A stretch of DNA of 64,000 nucleotides. Source: a virus. Location of the stretch: IMG/VR virus record IMGVR_UViG_3300005804_000111, positions 2,689-66,688 of that record; one strand, written 5' to 3'. The notes beneath the pieces were generated by a model that ran no database searches, was not told the origin of the DNA, and worked only from the letters and a program-made list of their open reading frames with translations. Both the position numbers and the translations under genes were made by a program. Each line of letters opens with the position of its first letter. The first letter of the stretch is position 1. Below, piece after piece: positions 10,468-18,623 of this stretch.

Positions 10468-11252
10468 CAGCGCAGCACCTCTACCGTGTATGACTCCACG
10501 GATATTTCACTGTACGCCTCGATCGTTGCTTGCGTTCCAGCTTCTGTGCCGTTACAGGTGCAAGGATAAACAAAAGTGTTGGCATCGGTGATCGCCACGA
10601 CAACAGGGTCAGCGTTCGGACTGCCTGAAGTGCTGCAATTCGATGCCCCGGACGCCTTTATGTAACGCCCATTTGCAAGCCCATGCGAGGAAACCGTAGC
10701 AGTGCATTGCGCCCCATTGCCGGTTATCGCAGTGGTTGTTTTCGCGGCCTCTAACGTGGTTGTGCCGGTAATGCTGAAAGTGGTATCAAGCGCGGTGTTG
10801 ATGCTGTACGTCTGCTGCGCGGTCCCGTTCGTCGCAGAGAATGATGCACTCGCCGCGCTGTTTGTCAGTTCGACTTGGCTGCTTTCGCTGCCCCGGTTCA
10901 TCCATACGAGCTGCAGTGCATCGTTGATCTGCGACGCCCCGTTGCGCGTTTTGCTCATTAAGGTGCTACCGCCCCACTTTATCGCATACGTTTTATTATT
11001 GGTCAGCCCGGTATACGAGAGTCTGTATGTCAGCCTGAGCGCTCCATTGGGGCCGATCTTCCCGGCCGGGATTGTGCAAGTCGCTATCGTTGTTTCCGAG
11101 AGCGTACCACCGACGCCGGACTTCACGGCAGATTGACAAACAACGGGCGATTGCACTCCTCCATAAACAACCGTGCCAGCTCCAAATGCCGGGATGCTCA
11201 ATACCAGAGCCAACGCCGCGCCGGTGACAATACCGATCAGGATTCTGTGCAT
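10467..11252 (-). CDS. Signal-peptide protein, head fibre/decoration-like
   Basis: RBS GAGGAGGGG; MHRILIGIVTGAALALVLSIPAFG signal; Thr/Ser-rich beta protein. Confidence 0.75.
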   Translation of the reverse strand: MHRILIGIVTGAALALVLSIPAFGAGTVVYGGVQSPVVCQSAVKSGVGGTLSETTIATCTIPAGKIGPNGALRLTYRLSYTGLTNNKTYAIKWGGSTLMSKTRNGASQINDALQLVWMNRGSESSQVELTNSAASASFSATNGTAQQTYSINTALDTTFSITGTTTLEAAKTTTAITGNGAQCTATVSSHGLANGRYIKASGASNCSTSGSPNADPVVVAITDANTFVYPCTCNGTEAGTQATIEAYSEISVESYTVEVLR

Positions 11253-11263
11253 TATTCCCCTCC

Positions 11264-11476
11264 TCATTTCTGTGTGTCGATCGCCTGCTGAGGCGGTACA
11301 TCAGCATCAGCCTGAGCGATAACTTCAGTAGCTGGCCGTAAGCGAGCTTTTTCGAGGGCGTCAAGCTCTGCGGTTACATCCTGCGGCTCACCGGTTTTGA
11401 TGATGGTGTAGATCTTAATGCCGAGATCAAATACTTTTGGCAGCAGAGTGATTGCAAGTGGGAGATCGAGTTTCAT
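11264..11476 (-). CDS. Hypothetical protein (lysis cassette)
   Basis: 70-aa ORF with GGAGG RBS, tightly packed with neighbours. Confidence 0.6.
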   Translation of the reverse strand: MKLDLPLAITLLPKVFDLGIKIYTIIKTGEPQDVTAELDALEKARLRPATEVIAQADADVPPQQAIDTQK

Positions 11477-11477
11477 G

Positions 11478-12032
11478 TCAGTTACCTCCTGTGAGTGAAA
11501 AGCGGATGCCGAAGCCTGCGGCCAAGTCCATCAGGTCCTTGAGCAACGTCGGCAGATTGCGGAGAGCTACGTCGTACTGCAATTTCTGATCGGCATCGTA
11601 TGACTCAACAAGCGCATACCGCGTGTCGATGATGAAGTCCTGACTGAGCTTATAGCGTTCATAATATTGCTGGATTTTCGCGAAGTCTGCGGCGCTGAGT
11701 TTGCCGGTGTTCTGCGTCACCCTGGCTTCGTAGAGGATGCTTTCTGCGGTTGCCTTGCCGATCTCATATGGCTTCGTTGTCTGAGGACCGGCGCAGCCGA
11801 CCAGCAGAGTAAGTGCAAACACGCCAACGCAAAACAGGCCGAGCACTTGAGCGCCTTTCTTTACGCACTTGCTGAGGAATCCACTCAGAAGCTGGAATAC
11901 TGAATTGCTTTTGACACTCGGGATGAGTGCCAGCGCCTCACTGACAGCAAACAGGATGCCGAGGATTGCCGTAAGCCACGCCACTTGTTCCGGCGTGAGT
12001 CCTAATAACAGGATGATTGTGTTGATGTCCAT
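11478..12032 (-). CDS. Holin-like N-terminus fused to a lipoprotein
   Basis: RBS GGAGGA; TM segment plus SEALALIPSVKSNSVFQ, then an internal lipobox LLVGC. Confidence 0.65.
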   Translation of the reverse strand: MDINTIILLLGLTPEQVAWLTAILGILFAVSEALALIPSVKSNSVFQLLSGFLSKCVKKGAQVLGLFCVGVFALTLLVGCAGPQTTKPYEIGKATAESILYEARVTQNTGKLSAADFAKIQQYYERYKLSQDFIIDTRYALVESYDADQKLQYDVALRNLPTLLKDLMDLAAGFGIRFSLTGGN

Positions 12033-12225
12033 ATATTCCTCCTTGCGCCCTACTCGGGGCGTCCTTTGGTTGCGATGTTGTGCAGTGCCGCTACGGTGTA
12101 TGCCTCGTAGCAGGCTATGCATGCTGGGTCGTACGGGCTGCGCAAGCATGCAGCTCCGAATTTGCAGCGATGGCCGCGCGGTGTGGCGGCTTGCCATTCG
12201 TCGAAGGTCATTACTGTGCGGTCGT

Positions 12226-12438
12226 TCATTGCAGTACCCCCATGTGCCGGAGTTCGTCGGCGTCGGCTTCGCTGATGCAGGAAGGTGCGTGGCCAGTGAT
12301 GCCAAAGGCTTTGTAGCCACTTGCGCAGTCTGGCGCGGGTATGAACATACTTCGTGCGGCTTCCAAATCCTTCCGGTACTGTGCTGATACACAGCCGATA
12401 AGCATAAGGCAGATGATAAGCACTGTGAGCAGTTTCAT
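12226..12438 (-). CDS. Small lipoprotein (spanin-like)
   Basis: MKLLTVLIICLMLIGC lipobox; ATGA overlap with the endolysin stop. Confidence 0.65.
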   Translation of the reverse strand: MKLLTVLIICLMLIGCVSAQYRKDLEAARSMFIPAPDCASGYKAFGITGHAPSCISEADADELRHMGVLQ

Positions 12439-12980
12439 TGTGTCGACCTCCATGCCTCTATGCCGTCGAAAATAGCCTGGGCGATGAGTCGGGTGTCGCG
12501 CATGACTGCCAGATCCTCGTCGTTGGTAATGAAACCGATCTCGGTGAGGATGGCCGGTGTTTCGAGGTCTTTAAGGACCGCAAGGTTGCGGTTATATTCT
12601 TTGGTGCCGTCGCATTTGATGCCTCGGTTGTGCAGGCCGGTTGCTGCCACGAGCTCGGCCTGTACGCACATGGCGAGGTTGCGGTCGTAGTCGTCGCGGT
12701 ATATGGTCTCAATGCCGTGCGCTGCCGGATCGGCGGCGGCGTTGCAGTGTATGCTGATGAATGCCTTGGGCTGCCACTTGCGGATAAGCGTAAGGCGAGC
12801 CGACGGGCTGATGTATACGTCGCTGCTGCGGGTGTGGAGTACTGCGTGACCGGCGGCTTCGAGCAGCTCGCCGAGCGCGGTAGCGACTTCGAGGTTGATG
12901 TCTTCTTCTTCGATGCGTGTTTCCGGATCGATCGCGCCGGGATCCGTGCCGCCATGTCCGGGGTCGAGGAGTATTTTCAT
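12435..12980 (-). CDS. Endolysin, N-acetylmuramoyl-L-alanine amidase (Amidase_3)
   Basis: LDPGHGG, E, SIHCNA and ILTEIGFITN motifs. Confidence 0.95.
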   Translation of the reverse strand: MKILLDPGHGGTDPGAIDPETRIEEEDINLEVATALGELLEAAGHAVLHTRSSDVYISPSARLTLIRKWQPKAFISIHCNAAADPAAHGIETIYRDDYDRNLAMCVQAELVAATGLHNRGIKCDGTKEYNRNLAVLKDLETPAILTEIGFITNDEDLAVMRDTRLIAQAIFDGIEAWRSTQ

Positions 12981-13255
12981 CGGCGGCGCTCCTGAAGCAT
13001 AGACCTGATGTCGGCCTTGATTTCTTTCATGTCGGCTTTAAGCTCTGCAATTTCACTCTTTTCCACAAAGCGACGCTGCTCGTCAGAGGTGGTTTTGGTG
13101 TAGACAAAGCTGCCGGTGATGGCTGCATTCATGACGAGCACGATAGACCAGAAAACAAGCCACGTCGGGCGGCTGTTCACTTTTTCGTGGAGCGCGTCGA
13201 ACTTGCCCTCGCATTTTGTGCGTTGGTCGTCGCATTTGACGTGGATTTCTGCCAT
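12977..13255 (-). CDS. Holin-like membrane protein
   Basis: Single TM segment with charged flanks, directly upstream of the endolysin. Confidence 0.55.
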   Translation of the reverse strand: MAEIHVKCDDQRTKCEGKFDALHEKVNSRPTWLVFWSIVLVMNAAITGSFVYTKTTSDEQRRFVEKSEIAELKADMKEIKADIRSMLQERRR

Positions 13256-13273
13256 GCGCGCGAAGCTCCTTCC

Positions 13274-13567
13274 TTACTGATCTTTGCTCAGGGTTAATAC
13301 GGTGATGCCGGTGCCGTCTGGCTCTATGCCGGTGACGTAGTACGTGGTGTCGCGGATGACGATCTGGTCGCCATGCTGCACGCCTGCCATGTCGGTGTCT
13401 TTGCAGGTGGCCTGCGGGCCGCTGCTCTCTATGCCGCCGGTGAGGGCGTTGAGGAGTTTGTAACTGTCGTCAAAAATGACAGGGATGGAGGCCCCGTTGT
13501 ACGAGGCCTCCTCCGCAAAGTCGGCGGTGTCGAAGTAGGCGTCGAGATCGGCACCGAAGTTGATCAC
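13274..13567 (-). CDS. Head-tail joining protein (gpFII-like)
   Basis: GD.IVIRDTTYYV..IEPDGTGITVL motif. Confidence 0.8.
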   Translation of the reverse strand: MINFGADLDAYFDTADFAEEASYNGASIPVIFDDSYKLLNALTGGIESSGPQATCKDTDMAGVQHGDQIVIRDTTYYVTGIEPDGTGITVLTLSKDQ

Positions 13568-13741
13568 TTACTCATCGCCGCCTTTGCCTTTTTTCTTCGG
13601 CTTTTCCTCTTCTTCGACATATTCCTCGGCCTTTTTCATGCTAATCAGAATCTTTGCGTCAGCGTCTGATACTTCGTATGCTTCGCCAGCCTCCAGATGC
13701 TGACCACTTGCCAAGGTGTTTCTGAGTGCCTTGATTTTCAT
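13568..13741 (-). CDS. Small capsid-associated protein (57 aa, below the track cutoff)
   Basis: Hand translation MKIKALRNTLASGQHLEAGEAYEVSDADAKILISMKKAEE...; follows the capsid gene. Confidence 0.65.
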   Translation of the reverse strand: MKIKALRNTLASGQHLEAGEAYEVSDADAKILISMKKAEEYVEEEEKPKKKGKGGDE

Positions 13742-13765
13742 AAAGATATCCTTTCAGTAAAGTAT

Positions 13766-13787
13766 GGAGGGGCATTGATGCCCCTCC
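13766..13787 (-). terminator. Hairpin downstream of the capsid gene
   Basis: GGAGGGGCAT-TG-ATGCCCCTCC perfect inverted repeat. Confidence 0.6.
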
Positions 13788-13798
13788 AATACGATTGA

Positions 13799-15679
13799 CT
13801 ATGTGGTCAGTGCGTCGAGCATTGCTGCAAAGCTCTCAGCGTTGCGGACCCCGATGTCGGCATCCTGCAGACCAACAACGCGGACGGTGCCGGCAGTGCT
13901 GCCGGTATACGGATCGACAGTGATGTCGAGTCCGCCCCAGAGAGCAATGATCAGATCTGCCCAGTTGCCGAAGAAGATAGCGGAGCAGATGCCGGAGCTG
14001 GAGCCCTTGGTCAGCGTGCTGCTGACCTGGTTGGTAACGTGTGCCGGATATCCGTTCATGCCATTGGCATTGGGCTCCCAGATCATGTCATTGCCGTAGG
14101 TCGTTACGCGCTGGGTCTGTTTGAGCTTGCCGCGAACTTTTGCATTGGTGATGTATGCAAGTGCTCCGAGATCGGCGTTGTCAATCGCCACTTCAGTTTC
14201 AAGCCCAACGATGTGAGGCCATGCAGGGGCAAGTCCGTTGGTTCCGCCTGCTACCGAGCCTATGCCGCTGGTAGCTGCAATCCCGGTCGGCTGGTTGGAC
14301 GTGCCAGAGCCGTGCAACCCCGCGAGATCGAGAGCAATCGCCAATACCGTTGCAATATCGTTGCGGACCATGGCTTCGACACTGATGCTCGACTGCAGAA
14401 GCAGTCTGCGACTGATGTCGGTGTATGCGCCGACAGTCTTCGGCGTGAGTGCAACCTGTGCAAGCGTCTGCTGGCTTTCGGTCGGGGCTCCGTTTTCAGC
14501 AACCCAGTATGCAGTTGCGCCGCCGCTCTGTTTTGGAATGGCTACGTTGCCGACAAGTCCGTCAAGGACGGTTGCCCCGGCCTGCCGCAGAACCATCTTG
14601 TTGCGCAGCAGCTCGATAAATGACGCCGCCAGAAGGTCGGTTGCTACGGTGTAGCCGCCGGCATTGTTGGTACCTGCGACAAGGTCGCGCTGCATGACAT
14701 CAGTCGGGAAGAAGAATCCCTGCGCTGCCTTACCGACGCGCTTTGCCACTGCGTCTGAGCACTCCTTTTCGAACGGAGCGAGCGACCAGTTTTTCTCGGC
14801 TGCTGCGTGAATGGCGCGAAGCAGGCTGAACTTGCGGACTTCCTTGTCGCTCATGCCGATCTCTGCCGTGGTCTGCACCGGCTGCAGGTTGGTGCCCATG
14901 CGTTCAAGCACGATCTTGCGGAATTCGTCGGTTGCGGTGCCTTTGCCGATGTGCTCTTCTGCGAGCGATGCCATATTGACACGCTTGCCGATTGCAGTGA
15001 TCTCGTTGATACGGGCGAGCTCTGCGGAGCGTGCATCTGCCTTGATTGCTTCTACGTTGACCTGCGGAGCGGAGGCCGCAGGCGCCTGGGTCTGGACGGT
15101 GTCTTTGTCCATAGTCTTTTCCTCCTGGTTGTCCTCTGCCCCGGAGATCGGGACTTCGAACTCGGTTGTATCTATGCTCCTGCCAACACCAACGGTATTG
15201 TCTGCAGGTATAGTCACCATGCTGATTTCGTAGGCCGACCACTTGGTAACCCGATAGGTGTCGGGCTGGTCTTCGGCCTGTTTTTCGAGCTTCATTTCTT
15301 TGGGAAGATAGGCAAAGCTCACTTTTGTGAGGATGCCGTCCTGAACGTCCTGGAATTTTTCCTGCGCGGCTGGGGAGTTGCCGAACCTGACCACGGCGCG
15401 GCCGATACGGTCACCGTCAATCCATGCTTTTTCAACAACGCCGATGTGCTGATCGGTGTCGTGATTAAAAAGCAACGGGGCTCCGTCGTTGAGCCGTGCA
15501 AGGTCGGCTGATTTTTTAGCGTGGTCGAGCACTTCGCGCCCGAACCAACGGTCTACCGGCTCTTCGCTTGAAAACGCCAGTTCTACGGTGCGCTGCTCGG
15601 CATTGAGCGCGGCGCGGTCCAGCGCGAATGTCCGCCGCTCGGGGCCGCTAATTTTGATAGATTTTTTTGCCATTGCCAT
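13799..15679 (-). CDS. HK97-type prohead protease fused to major capsid protein
   Basis: N-terminal LLFNHD...VSFAY...EISMVTIPAD protease; C-terminal capsid (WVAENG, IFFGNWADL). Confidence 0.92.
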   Translation of the reverse strand: MAMAKKSIKISGPERRTFALDRAALNAEQRTVELAFSSEEPVDRWFGREVLDHAKKSADLARLNDGAPLLFNHDTDQHIGVVEKAWIDGDRIGRAVVRFGNSPAAQEKFQDVQDGILTKVSFAYLPKEMKLEKQAEDQPDTYRVTKWSAYEISMVTIPADNTVGVGRSIDTTEFEVPISGAEDNQEEKTMDKDTVQTQAPAASAPQVNVEAIKADARSAELARINEITAIGKRVNMASLAEEHIGKGTATDEFRKIVLERMGTNLQPVQTTAEIGMSDKEVRKFSLLRAIHAAAEKNWSLAPFEKECSDAVAKRVGKAAQGFFFPTDVMQRDLVAGTNNAGGYTVATDLLAASFIELLRNKMVLRQAGATVLDGLVGNVAIPKQSGGATAYWVAENGAPTESQQTLAQVALTPKTVGAYTDISRRLLLQSSISVEAMVRNDIATVLAIALDLAGLHGSGTSNQPTGIAATSGIGSVAGGTNGLAPAWPHIVGLETEVAIDNADLGALAYITNAKVRGKLKQTQRVTTYGNDMIWEPNANGMNGYPAHVTNQVSSTLTKGSSSGICSAIFFGNWADLIIALWGGLDITVDPYTGSTAGTVRVVGLQDADIGVRNAESFAAMLDALTT

Positions 15680-17186
15680 TACCTCCCTGAGCCCCGGCGG
15701 GCTCGTCTTCGAGATCTGGATCGTCCTGCGGCTCGGCCGCCGGGTCTTTGCCTGCCGATGCTTCCGGCAGCGTGATGCCGTGCTGCTTCATAAGCTCCTG
15801 CTCTTTGGCGAGCTGCTCGCAGAGGTCTTCAAAGTCAACTCCCTGCTCTGCACAGATTGCGGTGCGCGAAGTGAGGCCTGCGTTCAGTGCTTCGATACGG
15901 GCTTTTATGTCTTTGAGCGGGTCTACCCAGTCCCATGTGCGCGGGTGCCAGTTTGGTGCGTTGAGGCGGTTGATATCGGCCATCAAAAGCGGCACCTGCC
16001 CGCTGAGGATCGCCATGTCGAGCCAGTCGGTGTATACGGGTTCGAGCACGCTGGTGATAAGCCACTGTTGTGCTACTTTCCAGCCGTCGCGTTCGTCGAG
16101 CATGCCGCTGCGGATGCTTGAGAAGTTGACGCCTTCAAGATCGCCGGCAAGTGTGTTGTATGCCGCCCCGATGCCGCTGGCTATGCCGCGCAGCATGGCT
16201 TTGTGAAATGTGGGGAACTCGCCGTGCGGGTATTGGGGGTTCCACTCTTTGAAATCCCAGCCCTCGGGCAGAGTTTCAAATGCTCCGGGCTCGGCTTCGG
16301 TGATGGGGGTGCCCTGTGAGTCTTTGTCGTCGCCCTGGTATTCTTCGCCGGCGGGGGAGGTGTAGAATCCCATTTTGCTGGCACCGATGCGTGCTGCAAC
16401 CAGTGCGGCCTCTTCGTATGCGCCGAGCATGCGCAGGCGGATGATTGCTGTGTGCATCCATGGAACACCACGGTGCTGCGTGGGGCGCTCTTTGACAAAG
16501 ACATGGATGATGTCACCTGCGGGGATGCGCAGGCGTCTGTTTGCGGTTGTTTGGAGTGCTGAGCTTATGCCCGGGTGCTGCTCCCAGATGTGGTATGCCA
16601 CAGGCTTGCCCCATGTGTTCAGCTCTACGCCCATGATGACGGTGTTGCCGTTTGCCAGGCGCTCGTTGTCGCGATCGTCGAGGTGGTCGGCCTCGATAAG
16701 CTGAAGAGCAAAGCCGAACGGGTTGTCGTAGCCGCGCACTTTGCGAATGAGTACTTCGCCGTCTCTGGCAACACTTTCGGAGGCGATGCTGAGTATGGCG
16801 GTAAGAGACAATGTGCCGCAGACACTGGCATGTTGAGGCTTTGACCATGCGCGCCATGCAGCTTCGATGGCGGTGTTTGCCCGTGCGTCGAGCGAGCCGT
16901 TTTTGAGGCGGGCTTTGCTCTGCATGCCGATGCCGTTGGGGCCGACGATGTTGGTCTTGATCTTCCGGAAGAAGTTGCGGGCATAGTCGTTATTCTCTGC
17001 CAGATCGCGGCAGCGGGCTCTGAGCGTGGGCAACTGCCAGCGAAGGATTTCGTCGGCAGCTTGGTTTCCGGTGACCCAGTCTGCGGTGAGCCGGTCGCTT
17101 TTTGCGCCGTGATAGGTGCGGCGGCGCGCGGGCTGTGGAGGGTTGCTGTCGGCTGTGCGCTTTATTTCCCATCCGAAAAGTTTCAT
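15648..17186 (-). CDS. Portal protein, lambda family
   Basis: LRARCRDL..NN.YA, QLIEADHL, R..QHRGVPW, GDL.GVNFSSIR, WDWVDPLKD. Confidence 0.95.
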   Translation of the reverse strand: MKLFGWEIKRTADSNPPQPARRRTYHGAKSDRLTADWVTGNQAADEILRWQLPTLRARCRDLAENNDYARNFFRKIKTNIVGPNGIGMQSKARLKNGSLDARANTAIEAAWRAWSKPQHASVCGTLSLTAILSIASESVARDGEVLIRKVRGYDNPFGFALQLIEADHLDDRDNERLANGNTVIMGVELNTWGKPVAYHIWEQHPGISSALQTTANRRLRIPAGDIIHVFVKERPTQHRGVPWMHTAIIRLRMLGAYEEAALVAARIGASKMGFYTSPAGEEYQGDDKDSQGTPITEAEPGAFETLPEGWDFKEWNPQYPHGEFPTFHKAMLRGIASGIGAAYNTLAGDLEGVNFSSIRSGMLDERDGWKVAQQWLITSVLEPVYTDWLDMAILSGQVPLLMADINRLNAPNWHPRTWDWVDPLKDIKARIEALNAGLTSRTAICAEQGVDFEDLCEQLAKEQELMKQHGITLPEASAGKDPAAEPQDDPDLEDEPAGAQGGNGNGKKIYQN

Positions 17187-17728
17187 GCGCGGAACCTCGT
17201 GAGTATCTTCCGGCCGGTGCCGAGTCCTTGATTGACGCGCTCGGCCTGAAGCTCCTGCTGGTAGAGTTTTTTATAATGCGAGTGCCATCTGATGAGTTCT
17301 TCGGGGGTCATGTGCCGGATCGTGCGGCCTGCAATGGTCACTTCAAGATCAGTGCGGGTGGCGCGCTTCTCAATGGCTGCTTCAATGGAGTCAAGCACGG
17401 TCTTTACGTGGCTGCGGGTGTCGGCTCCGGCGGTGAGGTCGGCCATTGACGGCTTGACGGTTATGGTGCCTTCGGCGACGGTGTAGGTCTCACTGCCGTT
17501 GGTGACCTTGCCCTGATATGCATAGTCGCCAGCTGTCCAGCTGGTGGTGCTTGCGGAAACTGCGTGGTCGGTGCCTGATTGCGCTGCGGTGACGGTCTGC
17601 TTCGTGGGGCCTAAAAAAGTATAGGTGAGTATCCAGGTGCCGGCAGGATAGTCCGGCAGCGACTTGGTGAATTTGAGCGTGTCGCCTTTGATGATGCTCT
17701 GTGGTTCGATTGTTGGTATCTCTGCCAT
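17183..17728 (-). CDS. Head completion/adaptor protein (gpW-like C-terminus)
   Basis: EVTIAGRTIRHMTPEELI motif; directly before the portal gene. Confidence 0.75.
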   Translation of the reverse strand: MAEIPTIEPQSIIKGDTLKFTKSLPDYPAGTWILTYTFLGPTKQTVTAAQSGTDHAVSASTTSWTAGDYAYQGKVTNGSETYTVAEGTITVKPSMADLTAGADTRSHVKTVLDSIEAAIEKRATRTDLEVTIAGRTIRHMTPEELIRWHSHYKKLYQQELQAERVNQGLGTGRKILTRFRA

Positions 17729-17770
17729 GTTGCATTAATTTTCGCAGTTCCGAGCTAGAAACGCTTGTAA

Positions 17771-17798
17771 GCATTTGTGGGCATTTGTGGGCATTTGG
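17771..17798. repeat. Three tandem 10-bp units GCATTTGTGG upstream of the head operon
   Basis: gcatttgtgg gcatttgtgg gcatttgg, read directly from the sequence. Confidence 0.8.
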
Positions 17799-17836
17799 AC
17801 GGTTTTTTTTAGCTGACAAAAAAAATCGTGGGGAAA

Positions 17837-18139
17837 TTACCACTGACGGACCCATCCTGTGCTTTTTCTTACCGGCCTGATCGGCGCGGGCTTGTGCGAT
17901 GAAACGTGTTGAATCTGCTCGTCGAAGGTCTTTTCGTCAAACGAGTCTATAAGGAAAGCCTGCAAGTAAGACCGCACACTTTCTACCGTGATGCGCAGCC
18001 CTTTGGTGTTTCCATTTGGGTTATGCCCTTTCAGTTTACCCTCTGCCAGATAATTGCGAACTGTATTGGGATGCACCTGGATGATAATGCTGACCTGCTG
18101 AATAGTCAGTAAGTGCGGCTTGATTGGTATATCAACCAT
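17837..18139 (-). CDS. Winged-HTH (excisionase-like) protein, possible late regulator
   Basis: LLTIQQVSIIIQVHPNTVRNYLAEGKL. Confidence 0.8.
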   Translation of the reverse strand: MVDIPIKPHLLTIQQVSIIIQVHPNTVRNYLAEGKLKGHNPNGNTKGLRITVESVRSYLQAFLIDSFDEKTFDEQIQHVSSHKPAPIRPVRKSTGWVRQW

Positions 18140-18608
18140 TCTGGCCCCCGCGTGTCTTGAGCTTGTCGATATGTTCGAGTATCTCCGGATGATCTGAAAA
18201 CCATTCACCCTTGACGCGGTGCTGCTTAAACATTATATGGAGGGCTCTTTCCACTCTGGCATCATCTGTTGTGAACGAATGCAGCAACTTCGTGACTGTT
18301 GGGATTATGGTTGCATAGCCCTGTATCCGTGTCTTCAGATTCAAGGTGATCCCGATCTTTATGTATTTGGTGGTTTCTTCCTGGAGAAAGTAGATATGGT
18401 ATTTCATAATGTGCTCGAAATGCCTTTCTATATCTGGGATAGCACGTTCAGCAGCAAGGGCACGAATTGACTCGGCAGCAACCTGATTTCCGGACCATTT
18501 CAGCTTTCCGTTGTCGAGATATCGGCGCACGGTTTTGACTGACACCCCGAGTATTTCAGCCGTCTGTCTTATGTTTTTTCTCAGTATGGATTCTTTGAGG
18601 TTGATCAT
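18132..18608 (-). CDS. HTH plus GIY-YIG/T5orf172-like nuclease
   Basis: HIYFLQ...YIKIGIT...E..LH..FKQHRVKGEWF; AT-richer than its flanks. Confidence 0.8.
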   Translation of the reverse strand: MINLKESILRKNIRQTAEILGVSVKTVRRYLDNGKLKWSGNQVAAESIRALAAERAIPDIERHFEHIMKYHIYFLQEETTKYIKIGITLNLKTRIQGYATIIPTVTKLLHSFTTDDARVERALHIMFKQHRVKGEWFSDHPEILEHIDKLKTRGGQNG

Positions 18609-18623
18609 ATGCCTACCATATGC

